Below, one piece after another: positions 39,761-53,800 of a stretch of 64,000 bases of DNA. A program made the translations under genes and the position numbers. Origin of the DNA: Antedon mediterranea (lineage: Eukaryota; Animalia; Echinodermata); contig NC_092673.1 of assembly GCF_964355755.1 (NCBI RefSeq), positions 12,620,948 to 12,684,947 of the forward strand. Direction: 5' to 3'. Below the pieces are notes generated by a model. The model searched no databases and was not told the DNA's origin. It worked only from the letters and a program-made list of their open reading frames with translations. Positions within the stretch are counted from its first letter, which is position 1, and every line of letters begins with the position of its first letter.

Positions 39761-41879
39761 TGTACACATATTTAAAACGTTAATAAATCATACTTGTACT
39801 AATCATGACTTATTGCTAACACTTTTAATTTAAAACATTTTCAGAAATAAATCAGTAACAAAGACTAGTGGTACAACTTATTCTTTTGTTGCCAATTTAC
39901 ACATTTAACAACAATTGGTGTTGCTGAGTTACTTTGGGTGTGGTTACATTACCATTACATTACTACTTACCATGGATTTTCTGGATTTTCTGAAAAAAAT
40001 AAATTAATTAAATTGCAAGTAAATAAAGTTTGGCATGGTACAACAGTACTGAACCAATTATGTGTACATGTAAATTTAGTGTGACATTTGAGTGCCATTT
40101 TCAATCACTGACAATACATGGCCCATTTTCAAATTTGTTCCATTCTAAACATCCACTTGAGTGGTTATCACCAACACAGAAGTTTTGAAACTTAGAGGTC
40201 ACTTGCATTAGATGAAAACTTTGTTCAAAAAGCAATGTTAAGAGAGAAAGAACATGTCTGATGTTTGTTTAATCACTTCCATTTTCATTTGTTACATCAA
40301 TTGTAGACTTTATTTGTTACATCAATTGTAGACTTTATTTGTTACATAAATTGTACCATACCATTTTAAATACATACCAATCACTCTTATTGAATGAGTT
40401 TTGTTGTCCTCTTGTGACCACTCTATTGTTGCATTTAAAAGATTTTCCGATTTACTTTGCAATTCAAATCTCGTGTGTGGTCTTTGACCCCACGGGCCCC
40501 ATATGTAGTCAGCAGGGATATTCTAGAACAATAGAAACCATATCAAAGGGCTTGATCATTATACTCTTTATTTTTTTAATTTATATTATTTAAAAAAAGT
40601 TATACTGATATAACTTGTGTAATAGTAATTTATATTTTTATTTTTTAATTTGCACTATTATATTTTACTTTCACATTATCCTGAAAATCCCATTTCCTGT
40701 CTTCTACTTCAACAGTAATTTTCATGTCTTTATTAATTACAAGTATATCTACTGATGGTTGCATACACTGCTCGTTATATTGTTCATGTTCTTCAATCAC
40801 CTCCTGAAATACACAATACAGTCTCAATTTTAGAATGGTTGTTTAAGTATAGAATTCCTAAAAATTTTGATTTACTACCATTGATATCAAATTGAAGGCC
40901 AATTTTCTCTTTTTATTTTTATTTAATTCTATGTCTTTAGGGCACATGGTCAAGGTTTACCAATAGTAAATAAAATCTTTCATATCAGATAATTCGTATC
41001 CTCCTGACACAGAGGCCATTGTTGTGAATTGGCTGAGAGTGCAATGGTACTACTATTGTTACACAAGGCGTACTAGCTTACCTTTTAGGCGGACTAATAA
41101 TTTAATCGGCCCGCTAAATCCCACAAGGCATTGATATTTTCGTGTTGATATGGATGCACGGCCAGTTTCGGTCGGCGATCTTGAAAACAAATAAGAGAAC
41201 CATAACTTTTTGGCGAAAATACCAGGTCTGCCCCAATTTGTATTAACGGATTCTGGCAAAAAAGGAAAGAAAATTATTTCAGCAATGAGACAACGTCATG
41301 CTAAGCATATAACAAGCGTACGATGTTCTAAAATTATATACTGTATATATACATTATTTTTACAAAACGACAACAATTGCAGGTCTTGGGGATTTAACAT
41401 ACAAAATGACTATCTATACTATGTATTGTATAAATGAAGCCTACAGTATGCCACCATGTATAGTCAGGGGGGGGGGGGGGACACAGGGTGTTGCAACACC
41501 CTTAATTTCATACTAAATGTTTTTTGCCAATAAATTAAAATTTAGATCCCATTTCATCATATATAAGAGCCTATATGTAAATTGACAGACCACAGCGTAC
41601 AATTAACCAGCAGTCAACAATACCGCGCACATATTATGTAGATAATTATGTTTGTGAACATGCTCAGAATGAATTTCTGACTGTTTAGTAGAATGCTTGT
41701 GCATCATGCAAAGGTATATCTTCATTTCCCATGCCCGTAATATTGGACCAAAATTCCGTAATAATTATGGACGTTCTGAACTTTGAAATAACAGTGTTAA
41801 AATTGCTTCTTTCAGCAAATTTCGATATTTCTTTTTCTGGAGTGTGGTTTAAGTAACACTGTTGTACAGTTTATACCGT

Positions 41880-42190
41880 AGTCGTCATCATCATCCGTTA
41901 CGCTATTCGTCTTGGGTAGACATTGCGTACGCTAATCGTTTCCATGACTCTCTTTCGGTGGTCTGATGGTCTGTCATTAATTTTGCGATCGATGTATTTG
42001 CTTTTTTGAGTTCTTTATTTATGTTTCCTATCCAGGTAGTTTTTGGTCTGCCAACTGGTCTTTTAACTTTTCGAATGGATTCTGTCAACGCTAATTTGGC
42101 TGGAGTGTCCATCGGAAGCCTTAGCATATGTCCAGTCCATTTGTATTTTCTTTTCCTTATTATATTTGACCATTTTAAAACGTTGGTGCC
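41880..42190 (-). mobile_element. RTE-clade LINE 3' end
   Basis: KWSNIIRKRKYKWTGHMLRLPMDTPAKLAL...KRPVGRPKTTW...RESWK, with a short (GAT)n tail. Confidence 0.75.
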
Positions 42191-42339
42191 AACAATTAAC
42201 ATCAAAAGCCTACAAAATGACATAAGCCCCTGGACTATGTCTCTTGTAACAAATATAATCAATGTTCTATATCCAGTAATTCAAAATCAATACTTTGCTC
42301 AAAATCAAATTTAAATGTCCAACACAAAATCATTATATC

Positions 42340-43560
42340 TTGGCATTCGTTGATTCCTTTGCGGTCGTCTTGGTTCTTGTTGATCATTTAAATCTTGTGG
42401 TTTTCTACTACATCATCATCGTTGGCCGACTCATAATCATTAAAACTGTTTATTTTCTTGAAATGAGAAATGTTCCTTCTGATTCTGATACCGTTCCTGT
42501 CTGCAATTATAGCATTTCCTTTTCTCCAACTTACAATATACAGATCTGGGTCAAACGGGGTTGTTAACATATTCTTCTTTTGTTGCTTTACAAGCACTTT
42601 ATCTCCAACTTTCAAAGTGCTTTCTTTTGTATGTAAATACATATCTTTTTTGTTTTTTGGACCATATTTATTGAGGGTGATCCATCCAGCAATTGCTGAT
42701 CATTAGGGACCCTCAGAGGTTCACAAGACAAACATATACACAAGATGCTCTACATAAACAAAGTCTTATTACAAGTCTTTGGGAGTGGAGTTGTAATTTT
42801 GTCCTCAGAAGTAATCCTGACATGTGACGGGCTTGAACCCAGAACCCAGAACCCTTCGATTGGTAGCCAAGCATCATAACCACCAAGCCACAACTCCACT
42901 CCGCTATCTTTCATTTTCTTCTTTTCTTTATCTTTGTTTGCAACTTCTACATACAGTAGCTCGGCTGAAATTTTTCCTGTGGTTGAATGTGGGGTTGCTC
43001 GATACTGCCTAAAGAATTCATATAACGCTTGATGCGGATTTCTTCCCTTTCACTTTGGTTAGTTTCCGATTGAATCTTTCAACTCCCCATTTGCTCTCGG
43101 CCATAATGGAGTCGTTCTTCGATGTTTAAACCCTTGGTATGTTGCAAATTGCTCGTACTCATGACTGTTAAATGGAGGTCCATTATCTGACAATACTATA
43201 TTAGGTATGTCATGTTGCGAATATCGCATCTAATTTCGGAATAGTTGCTTTCGCTTAAGTCGACTGAACTATCTCGACTTCTGGAAATCTGTTATACATA
43301 TCATATACAACAAGCAAATATTTTCCATTTGGCATTGGTCCTTTAAAATCAACTGGTTTCTCTGCATTCACTTGACATGCTAGACATTTTCTAACCTGTC
43401 GTTCTACCATTTTATCTATTCCAGGGAACCACACTTTTTCACGTAACAATGCTTTAGTCTTTACGATCCCTTGGTGTCCTACATGAGCCAATTCCTCTCA
43501 ATGTCTCTGGTATAACTATCTGATGTCTTCGTAATATGATTTTGTCTACTACTCACATTT
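42340..43560 (-). mobile_element. Gypsy LTR retrotransposon integrase relic
   Basis: AHVGHQGIVKTKALLREKVWFPGIDKMVE...CLACQ (HHCC), DFKGP...YLLVVYD, LSDNGPPFNSHEY, LKVGDKVLVKQ. Confidence 0.85.
42655..42905 (-). mobile_element. tRNA-derived SINE inserted in the Gypsy relic
   Basis: Minus strand GGAGTTGTGGCTTGGTGGTTA...GGGTTCAAGCCC (A and B boxes) at the 5' end; 3' end with AATAAA near 42670. Confidence 0.65.
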
Positions 43561-43859
43561 TCTATAAGCTGCATAAGTAGGCTGTTTGTTTTCGCCGTAC
43601 TGTCCTCAAGTGTAGCCAACCTTGCCTCGGTTGCCGAGGGCGCAGACGCAGATTTCTTTGCGGGCTTCTGCTTCCTGCCTGACCGTGACGTTAATGAATC
43701 TGTAAAATGCGAAAAAACAGTTGGCTTAATCCAAAAAAATAAATGTTATTTTTATTGAAGACCTAACTGGACATTTTATTTTAAAATACACATGTCAGGA
43801 AATATATTGAATTGTTTAAAAATGTTGTTACTGTTTGTGTATAAACTAAAATTATTCCT

Positions 43860-44125
43860 CACTTTCAGGTGGTAGCTTCAGCTTCGAAATAAATGCTTCA
43901 TCGAGTGATCTTTTAAGGTTGTTTGCATTCGCATCTCCAAATTCATCTATATCTTGTAGGGCAATTGTGAAGTAAACTGTTATACCCTTTCGCACAGTTC
44001 TCACAAGGACTAATTCTTTTTCTGAACCGGTTTTTTAGGTTGAGATCCATCGCTCAACACGGAAAAGGCTGTTGCACGACACAAAATAACAGCCACTTTT
44101 TCTCTAATGGTTTCAGCAAGTTTAG
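43860..44125 (-). pseudogene. hAT transposase fragment (ZNF862-like)
   Basis: LAETIREKVAVILCRATAFSVLSDGSQPKK(T)GSEKELVLVRTV...DEFGDANANNLKRSLDEAF. Confidence 0.7.
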
Positions 44126-44859
44126 ATTAATACAATAGTTAAGTTACGGTACATAGTCAATTAATTAGTAGAAAAATATCTTTAAAAATATACAATGTTT
44201 AAATATATAAACATAAATAAATATAGAAATATAAATATATAAATATATAGTTTTCATTTTCATTCTTTTTCATTCATTCGTTTAGTAATTTAACCATTGA
44301 TGGTATAGGGGAGCATTGGAATCGTTTAGTCCTACATTTATATTCTTTGTATTTAAGTGAGCTTCGCTCATTAAGAAATTATTGTACGTAATAAAACAAT
44401 AGTGCATTTTATATGTTGAAAGAAAAAATAAATAAAAATTAGAGTTTAAAAATTTTCAATTATAAGTTTAAAGATATTGAGGATAATTTAGTTTGCATTT
44501 TTATTTGCAAGTACAACGTCTCTTTGTATAGTTTTTTTTTTCAACTTCATATTTATATTTTCTTGCTATAAGAAAAATTATCCACTGAATACTTTACTTT
44601 TTTTGCATTTTTTCACTTTCTAGAGTCACCAGATATGGTTAAACTACTGAAAATCAAGTCTGTCTAGTTTTTATAAAAGAATTTTTCTGAATTTAATTTT
44701 GATGCAACTAACATGTTGTTTCTGAACCATCATAGAACCATTTTCAAGATCAAGTGAATACAAAACAATAATAATTATGTGCACTAAGCACCAAAGTTGG
44801 TGACAGGAAATGCTAATTGAGGGCTAATTAAGTAATTAGCTCCTCCTCCTACTGAGTTA

Positions 44860-45600
44860 GATAAACAATTTAGCTTTGATGGAATCCGATTGTTTATTGA
44901 GTGTAGGTTTTATCTCTTTGATCCACAACATCTCCTTAATTAGGCAATCAAACTTATTTTTACATTTAGATAAGACTCTAAAGTATTCTGAGATATCACC
45001 AGTCACCTTAAAGGTGGTCGCCTATAATACTTTTGTTATGTTCATTAATGCGTTTGTAAAGGTGTCGGCAAGTGTAACCGACATAGTTTGTATCACACAA
45101 ACCACATTCGGAAATTTGTACACAACGCATTGTGAATTAATGATTCTGGGTTTCATTTCTTTTGGTTTTAAGGTGTCATCTATCGTACGACTAGTAAATA
45201 CTGGTAAAATATCATTTTCAATCTTTGCACTAAGTTGTTTAAGTTGTTTAGTAACCGTGTTAGAACAAGTTTGATCTTACAATCCTAATAGGCTAGGGAG
45301 ATTCATCAGTTAGCATTAAGCATATCTTCATTAGTATTGCTAGGAGTCACACAAGTATTAATGGATTGCTGGAAAACCTTAACAATATTACTAATAAGAT
45401 CTAAAGGATAATTCAACTTTTGAAAAACCTTTGTTACATTATCAACCTCTGATAGGAAAATGTCATGCATCATGTGAATTTTTCAAAATGTTCAAAAAAT
45501 TCTGTGCTGAAACCTGGCTTGGCATGGATACGATTGTGTCATCAACGTAGCGACGATAGAACTGCGGCATTTTCCCTGTTGCTTGTAAGGTATCTGGTGT
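44860..45600 (-). mobile_element. Penelope-like element relic (RT and GIY-YIG)
   Basis: PQFYRRYVDDTIV (RT); CVVYKF/ECGLCDTNYVGYTCRHLYKRINEH and CKNKFDCLIKEMLWIKEIKPTLNKQSDS (GIY-YIG). Confidence 0.88.
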
Positions 45601-45659
45601 GTAATAATAATTCATAATCATATCGAACAAATATCCTGGATCTGCCACTGAATGTACTC

Positions 45660-46460
45660 CCAATGGAAACTTTGTTAAAAAAGAAAAGCAGTGTGTTCCT
45701 CCTGGCAGAAGTCTAACATGAAGTACTTAGCAGACCATTTAATATTCCAATTTTTAAAGATGCGTAGTAGATAGATAGAATTTTATTCGTCGTAATAAAA
45801 TTACATTATGAAAATTGTCTTCCTTGGCAAAAATATAAATATAAAAAGACCATATAAAACATATTTAAAATACATATAAAACAAATTACAAAAAAAAAAA
45901 TTATAATATACTGTACAGGTATGAATAGTGCTTCTTCGATGTATATCGTTTTTTCTTCTTGGATTACAAATGTGCTAACTTGATAGGCAACATTAGTTGC
46001 AACACAAAGAAAAAGGAAAGGGAGTGCATACTTGTTGTTTTGTAGGTAGCATCGTCAAGAACCATCTCACCATAGTTCCAAAAGACGTTGCTGTTGTGAA
46101 GTCTGGTGACAAAATAGCAATTTGTTTTGATCATCAGACTTTCTAAAGTAGAAATTATTTGATTTGTCCTTGCTTCTGATTTTCAATTTTTGAAGGTTTG
46201 TTTTCACGGTTTTCCTGATCCATAGGAGATGTTCTTTTTTTAACATTTGAATCTATAAATTATATTTGCCACATCTCTTAGATGTAGAAAATATGCTCTT
46301 CATGTCCTGGGTGGTGGCTTCTGATCTTTGAAGAGCGTTTCTTCCACAAAAACATTTAAATATTGTATCACATTGGATACTCTTCTGATCTTCTGCGCAG
46401 CCAATGCCTCGATTTCTTTAATAACCTCGGGAATGGGTTTTTCTCCTGCAGCCTAATAAC
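45660..46460 (-). pseudogene. MULE/Mutator transposase relic (CaRF-like type)
   Basis: LLFCHQTSQQQRLLEL..., DATYKT/KYALPFLFLCVATNVAYQV...IQEE...IEEAL, NWNIKWSAKYFMLDFCQEE. Confidence 0.75.
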
Positions 46461-47469
46461 AAGAATGGTTATGAATCCGCGCGCGGTGCATGCATGCATG
46501 CATGCATATAACGGGTCACTTAAATTATTAGAATCAACTTATTTTTCACAATTTTATTTGACAAAAAATATTTATTTTTACTTAAAATGCAGTTTGTGAC
46601 CTTAAATTAGATTTTTTTAAATATATGGATAGTGTCTTTAATAACGCTATAATGTAATAATAATAATACCGATGACACTGATGATGACAACAATGACGAG
46701 ACTATACCTATCTCCTTCCATTTTATTACAAAGGAAACATAGTTACTGTAGTTGACAGGTTGACCCACAGTTTAAGTGCATTTTGCCATGTTATACATAC
46801 CTCGCCTACCAAGTGATTACAATGATCTGCCACATCGGGAAGTGTTATGAAAAATTTAATTTGTACATTAATTTTTTTTTTCATTATTTTCTTCTTGGAA
46901 TTGTTGAGAAATTTTTTTTCTTTGTGATTCTGTAGCCTGAAATAAATTTAAAATAAATAATAATCTAGCACGCATTTTTTTTTTAAATTAATCAAGAAAT
47001 TTTGTTTATTTTTTTGCTTTGAAAAACGATTGATGAGACTAAATTTAGTTAGGAGTACCTAGAGAATATTGAATAGCAGGTTCAACCTATCATGAAATAG
47101 AAGTGAAGATATAAAAATCTACAACCGGAAAAACAAATTTCATATTTTCCCCATTTTATAATGATAAGTTACAAAACTTTTTAAAACTACTTGTGGATTT
47201 TTTTCATAGAATAAAAAAGTGAGTTGTCTTTAAAGGGTTGTAATAAAAAACGCCAGCAATTTTGAAAGTGTCATCATGCAGTTTCTGAAAGCCTATAATA
47301 TAAACATTTTGATATATAATTCAGCTAGTTAATTTGCCAGTTGCACTAACTCCTTAATTAAGCCACTTTTTGGGGCTTGCTTCCTCTACTATTAGTAATT
47401 ATATTATGTTGTTTACTATCAATACAGAATTGAATTAATTATTATTATTAACATTAGATTTTACTTACA

Positions 47470-48365
47470 GTACTCTCTGTGTTGGATAAATGGTTTTACA
47501 AAGGACAAGATGTCTTCGAAAATTTTTACTTCTTTATGTACTTTTTGGCACTCCAGCTTTTTGTTTGTCTTGCTTAGACCTTCTTATCAAATGAGTGTCC
47601 CATAACTCCGCTGTTCTATCAAGATCATCCTGCATAAATGTAGACAATGGTAATCATAAATACATAATTCATAATCTAAATCCAACGTATTACAAGCTTG
47701 AAACCGAATAAGCGAGGTTCTCTAGTTCCGTACTACACAGTGATTGTTTCTCAGAAATGGCATCCATGTATTTATAGCTAACCAATATTTAAAAAATGCA
47801 ATAAACTACTACATTTGTTAAAATTTAAAAGCGTTCTTTTTAGGAAAAAAAACCTATAACCACAATTGATATGCCTTCCATTTATATTATTTATTATAAT
47901 TGATTTTTTACATCTACATGAAGATGGCACTGATGATCAACAGGCATTATGAGTGGAATATGCCTTCCTTACATTGGATACTTGTTGGTTAATGCAATAA
48001 GTCACCAGAGAAGTGGCCTTCATGAATAAGAAATCTAAAAATCAAAATCCAAAACTCTGTGCACTGCTTCCTTAATTGTCCCCACCAAGAGACTATCCTT
48101 TGGTTTGCCGTACTTTGGCCACTCAAGTAACTTTTTTGCCAGCAAACATGTCATCATGATTTCTGAGAAACATCTGAAATGCCACAATATGCCCATTTTC
48201 TGTTCCTTTGTCTGTTCTGACAAGAGTAGGACATCCTCCTATCCTTTCGACTGCTTTCAAGAAGAAACATCCAATATTAGTTGTTGTGCTGTTCGCTTCA
48301 AGCCAAAGTAGTTTTCTTGAAAATTCATCAATGCATCCATTAATACAAATGCCATACGGATATAC
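47470..48365 (-). pseudogene. IS3EU-like (integrase-core DDE) transposase relic with introns
   Basis: PYGICINGCIDEFSRKLLWL, FFLKAVERIGGCPTLVRTDKGTENGHIVAFQMFL, DDLDRTAELWDTHLIRRS...AGVP. Confidence 0.72.
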
Positions 48366-49032
48366 TATGCATGCACATGTACGTGTGAACGGATTGTATA
48401 ATTAGGGCGTTATAACACCGTAAATACAGCGTTATTTACGCCATTTTAACGCCCTAATACGGCATTATCCCGTAGGAAAATACTTGATAGAATTCTATAG
48501 AAATTCTATAGAAAGTTGATAGGGGATCAGAATCAGGGGGATTACCACCTATCTGATAGGACAGTGATTAATTCACTATTGGTAATCCTTGGCCACATTG
48601 CCTAAAGACATAAAATAAAAATAAATAAAAATAGATAGAGTTCATAGAAATGTTTATAGAACCATGTTTTAATAGATATTTATATACAAATACATTCTAA
48701 AGAAATGAATCTATATAGAGAATGTATAGAATTTCTATAAACTTTTTAATCTATAGAAATTTTATATAGAGAATGTATAGAATTTCTATAAACTTTTAAT
48801 CTATAGAAATAAACTTGGCATTTCTTCATTCATTAATTTATTCTATAGAAATCGGATAGATTTTCTATAGAAGTTTAGATAAAAATTGTACCAAGATATC
48901 TATGAAATATCGGTAGACGTTTATATTGATTTTTTGTTTTATAGATTTTATATAGATATTTTGGTAGAATTTTAAAGAGTTTAATCTATAGATTTCATCT
49001 ATAGAAATCTGATAGAATGTTTATAGATTTTT

Positions 49033-49850
49033 TTATAAAATCAATTTCGATGATAATGTCAAACCTCCATCTGTTATTACCTTACGATATGCATACACTT
49101 TATTGTTCACATTAACGCCAATAGCATCTAGAGAATTGATCTGCACATGATTTAAATTGTAGATAACTGGTAAACCACAAGAGTGTATATCTGATTTTGA
49201 TTTTGTTTTATCGTATCCATACACATTTCGACAATAAAAAGCGTTTGCTTGCGAATCTGTGCAAAACGCTCCAACAGAGAGGGATGGTAAATTGCTTATA
49301 AGCATAAATTTCGTAGCAATCTGTTCATGCACAAATTGCGTACCATGGAACATTTTTTTTAACTTTCCATTCATTCCTTCAAAGGCAAAAGTCGAATATG
49401 ACCACAATGGCCCCCAATTCCTAATACAAGTAACCATATGGAGAAGTTGGTGTAAGTTGAATCTCATTAACTCTTTCCCATATAGAGATTCTACATTGAC
49501 TACAAATTCTATGATTAAACTTTCACATAAATTGAGTGTTTCTTCATTAACATTATTAAAAAAAAAATTCATAGCAGATACCAAAAGCATCCAATGCATA
49601 TAATATCGGCGTGGTAATATATCACGGGTTACTACAGCTGAATAATGGAGTAACCAGGACCTCCATTCACTGGCCTTCCAATGTCTCCAAAACTTAAGTG
49701 ATGGTGTAAAACGTGAAATTTCAGATGGTGGTCTAATGCTAGACAGTTTTTGATCAAGATTACGAATTGATTTCCCAATATAATATTCTTCAGTGGTGGT
49801 GTCTACTGTCTACCCATAACTCTGTGAGAGTACGAACTACTCCAATATAG
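49033..49850 (-). pseudogene. EnSpm transposase, C-terminal half
   Basis: IRPPSEISR...HWKASEWRSWLLHYS, HWMLLVSAM, LYGKELMRFNLHQLLH...NWGPLWSYSTFAFEGMNGKLK. Confidence 0.88.
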
Positions 49851-49864
49851 TTAATTGGTGTGTT

Positions 49865-50690
49865 GATTGGTACCGAAGCTACCTTAGAGAAAGACAACAA
49901 TTCGTACAAATTGGGAAGTGTCAGTCTGTAACCAAAATAATAAAACAAGGCGTTCCACAAGGGTCAATCCTTGGACCCCTGCTGTTTTTGATTTTCATAA
50001 ATGACATGTTTTCTGTAAGTAATGTCGTTGATTTAATAATGTTTGCAGATGATACGAATATGTTTTTACAACACAATGATATCGTTACTGCCTTTACAAT
50101 AATGGCAAATGAACTAAATAAAATTGAGAAATGGTGTAAAACTAATAGATTAACTATTAATACAACCAAGACTACGTATATGTTATTTAGTGGAAAGAAT
50201 ACCAACATTGACACATCCCAATTTGTACATCAATAAATAGAGTTTCAATAGATAGAGTACCATATACTAAATTTCTCGGTGTCATCATTGATGAGAAACT
50301 GAACTTTAGACACCATACAAATGCAGTTTCTTGTAAAGCATCCTCAATAATTGGTGCCATGTGTCATATAACAAATTTAGTATCTACTGAAGTGTTACTT
50401 ACCATATACAAGACACTTATATTACCAGTGTTGACATATGGTATTATTGTATGGGGTGCGGGAAACAAAGAAAATTTGGATCGCCTTCTATTGCTTCAGA
50501 AAAAAGCTCTTAGGATCATTTGTAAGGTAGACTTTCATCATCCCTCTTCTCAGCTCTTTGTGAAAACGGGCACATTTAATATATTTGATTTGTATAAATA
50601 TGGGAAACAATATATCTTTGCGAAAACAACATTTGTAAAATATGTCTAACCTTAACTTAATTAATTACATTTTCGTATATATTCTGAGAC
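49865..50690 (+). mobile_element. L2/Crack-like LINE RT fragment
   Basis: YLRERQQFV, GVPQGSILGPLLFLIFINDM, FADDTN, KFLGVIIDEKLNF, YGIIVWG, LQKKALRII. Confidence 0.85.
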
Positions 50691-50855
50691 TGTGAAGTAT
50701 ATATATACTGTATATATTATAACTTTTCTGGCTGTTTACTTTATCGTTTTGATTTAGCTTTTCGCTTTTTATTTTTGTATCTCCATTGAGATCCAGCCAC
50801 TGATACCCACAGCATTGTCATTTTTTTCAGTAATTTGCCTTTGGATTTATATATA

Positions 50856-53800
50856 TTTTATTTTATTTTTATTTATTTTATTCAATCAAAACCAACAGCG
50901 ATAAATACCGCCACTAACAGGTTTGAAACATAAAACAATACAACATCAAAAACGGTTAACAATAAAATACAGATAAAATATATATATATATATATATAAA
51001 ACATAGATCGGCAAGCCATAAACAACTTCAATTAAAACAGGTTATGCAGGCTGTTCAAGAAGTGAACACATAATCGTCCTCTTAAAATAACCAAGTCTAT
51101 CATTAAAAATATCGATATGATTGCTATTTAGATTATTAAATGTATAAGGTAGTCTATGAAAAAGTCCCCTCTTAGTACAGTCGACACGGCTGAAAGGAAT
51201 ATGCAATAAATGTCTATTTCGTGTACGACCAGGAACATTTAAACTAAATAGTGAAATTAATGAACAGTCATATTTAGAATTTAAAATATTATATAAAAAA
51301 ACCATATCAGATATCGTTCGACGATTGCTGACAGAATCAATGGAAAAGGCAAAATTAACACAGTTATAAGACAGGAATCGAACAAACTTCCGTTGAACAG
51401 TGTTGATTCGACGGGCCTGACATGGAGAAATTGAATTGAAAATTACGGAACAATATTCAAGGTGAGGACGTATAATAGATTTGTATAAAGATAAAAGTGC
51501 CCTGCCGTCGTTCATAAACCTACAATTTCTCCATATTAAGCCCATCATTCTATTAGCTTTTGACAACACATGATTAATATGTGAACAAAAATTTAATTTA
51601 CTATCAATAAAAATACCTAAATCTTTCCATACATAAACCATCTCAAGATCATGTCCATTCAGATTATAATTGAAGAGCACAGGCCTTTTTTTAAGTGTTA
51701 ATGCTAATAAATGCAAATATTTATCTATAAGTTTTATCCCCCACTTGTCCGTCCATTCCACGAGACCATCCAGATCCTCCTGAAGTGAAAAAGCATCCTG
51801 TGGAGTGGTAATCACTTTAAACAATTTCAGATCGTCAGCAAATAAAAGAGACTCGGAATGATTAAATTTTAAAGGAAGATCGTTGATAAATAAATTAAAC
51901 AAAAGCGGGCCGAGGATCGAGCCCTGCGGAACGCCCGATAACACAGGGAGCCAATCAGATGTCTCTCCCCCAATGACAACACGCTGTTGTCTATTAGTTA
52001 AATAGCTTTTAAACCAACTTAAAAGTGAACCGGATAAACCAAATTTTGAAAGTTTAAAAATAAGCAAATCATGGGAAACGGAATCAAAAGCCTTAGAGAA
52101 ATCAGTGTAAATCACATCGCACTGCTTCTTGCTGTTAATTGCATCGTATGATGTAGCAAGAAGCAGTGCGAGGTTGGTTTGACATGATCTCCCAGAGACA
52201 AAACCATGCTGCCTAGGACTTAAAGCATTAGCAACATGTGATGACAAACCATCATGCACAATGCGCTAAAAAATCTTAGACATAGTAGGCAATAACGAAA
52301 TAGGACGATAGTTACAGATTAGTTTTTTGGGACCACTCTTGTGAATTGGGACAATATTAGCGTGTTTCCAAGATGAAGGAAAAACCCCAGAATTAATAGA
52401 TAGCTGAAACAATTTGCAAAGCGGATAAGAGAGTGAGGAGGAGGCACCCTTTAAGACAACGTTACTAATCTGATCAATGCCAGTAGCTTTATTGATATCA
52501 ATGTTACTAAGTGCCTTTTCCACAGAATGCTGATTCACAGACAGAGAACTAAAGTTATCCACCGCATAGTCAGGAAGACCTGGATAGTCCCGGGAAACGT
52601 CCGGAGAAGGCTCACTGAAAAAAGAATGAAAAGAAGAATTAATCATAATTAGACTGGAATGAAATGTTATCGTGACTCATGACAGAAGGAAGATTATTTG
52701 ACTTGTATTTAGTTTTCATCCAGCTCCAGAATCTTTTACTGTTAGTGACAATTTGCTTAGCCAAAGAGTCCAAGTAATCTTTGTACTTTTTATTGCACAT
52801 TTTTTTAAAAGACGCGCGAGCAAATTTGAAATTACTTTGGGCTAACCGATTATTATTTTTTTTCAGATATCTATAATACTTTTCTTTGAGTTGAAGCGCA
52901 CTTCTCAACTCATTGTCAAACCACGGAGGAAGCTTTCTGCGCTTTCTAATTTTAGGCACTGTCATTGACGGCAGCATTTAACAAATTATAAAACATATCC
53001 AAAGCTTCATTTAAATCACCTTCAAAATCAATTAAGACACTCCATGGAACACAGTTAAGAGTATTACATAGATTATTGACATCAAGTGCTTTAAAATTGT
53101 AAATTATACTTTTACGATTCAAATTATCATTACTACAATTAACATCAAAATTTAAACGGAAATCAATTCTCAAAGATGAGTGGTCAGATAAAAAAATATC
53201 GTTAGCATTATAGACTTTGTCGGAAATGTTTTTACTACAAATAACAAGATCAAGCATTTTATCCATTCTTGTACAATACGTATTGCATTGAAATAGGCCA
53301 CAGCTAGAAAGCAATACATCAAGTAAGTGTTCTCCCATGGACTGAGCTGGAGCAGAATAAGGGTTGCTACGCCAATTAATTTCGGGCAGGTTGAAATCTC
53401 CAAGAATGAGGAATTCACTGTTTTTGTAGTAGAGCATAGCGATTTCCACAGACGAAGTAAAACGACGGAGGACATCGAGTGTAGCGTTCGGTGGTCTATA
53501 GAATAATCCAACAAGTAGGCTAATACGCCGCTTTAGCTGAATCTCTATCCACATGAACTCCGTTGAATCACTTTCTAGGCGTTCCACTCGGTTACAGGTA
53601 AATTTGTTATTCACTAGCATCAGGATACCACCACCGCGTTTATCAGTATCTCTATCGCGTCGAAATAAAGTGTAATTAGAAACGGAAAGTTCAGAATCGA
53701 GCACGTTGCAGTTTAACCATGTTTCCGTAAGTGCAACAATATCCAAATTGCTCTGAATTAGGTGTGCATTCAGATCTGAGTTGTATACGTCCATTTTATT

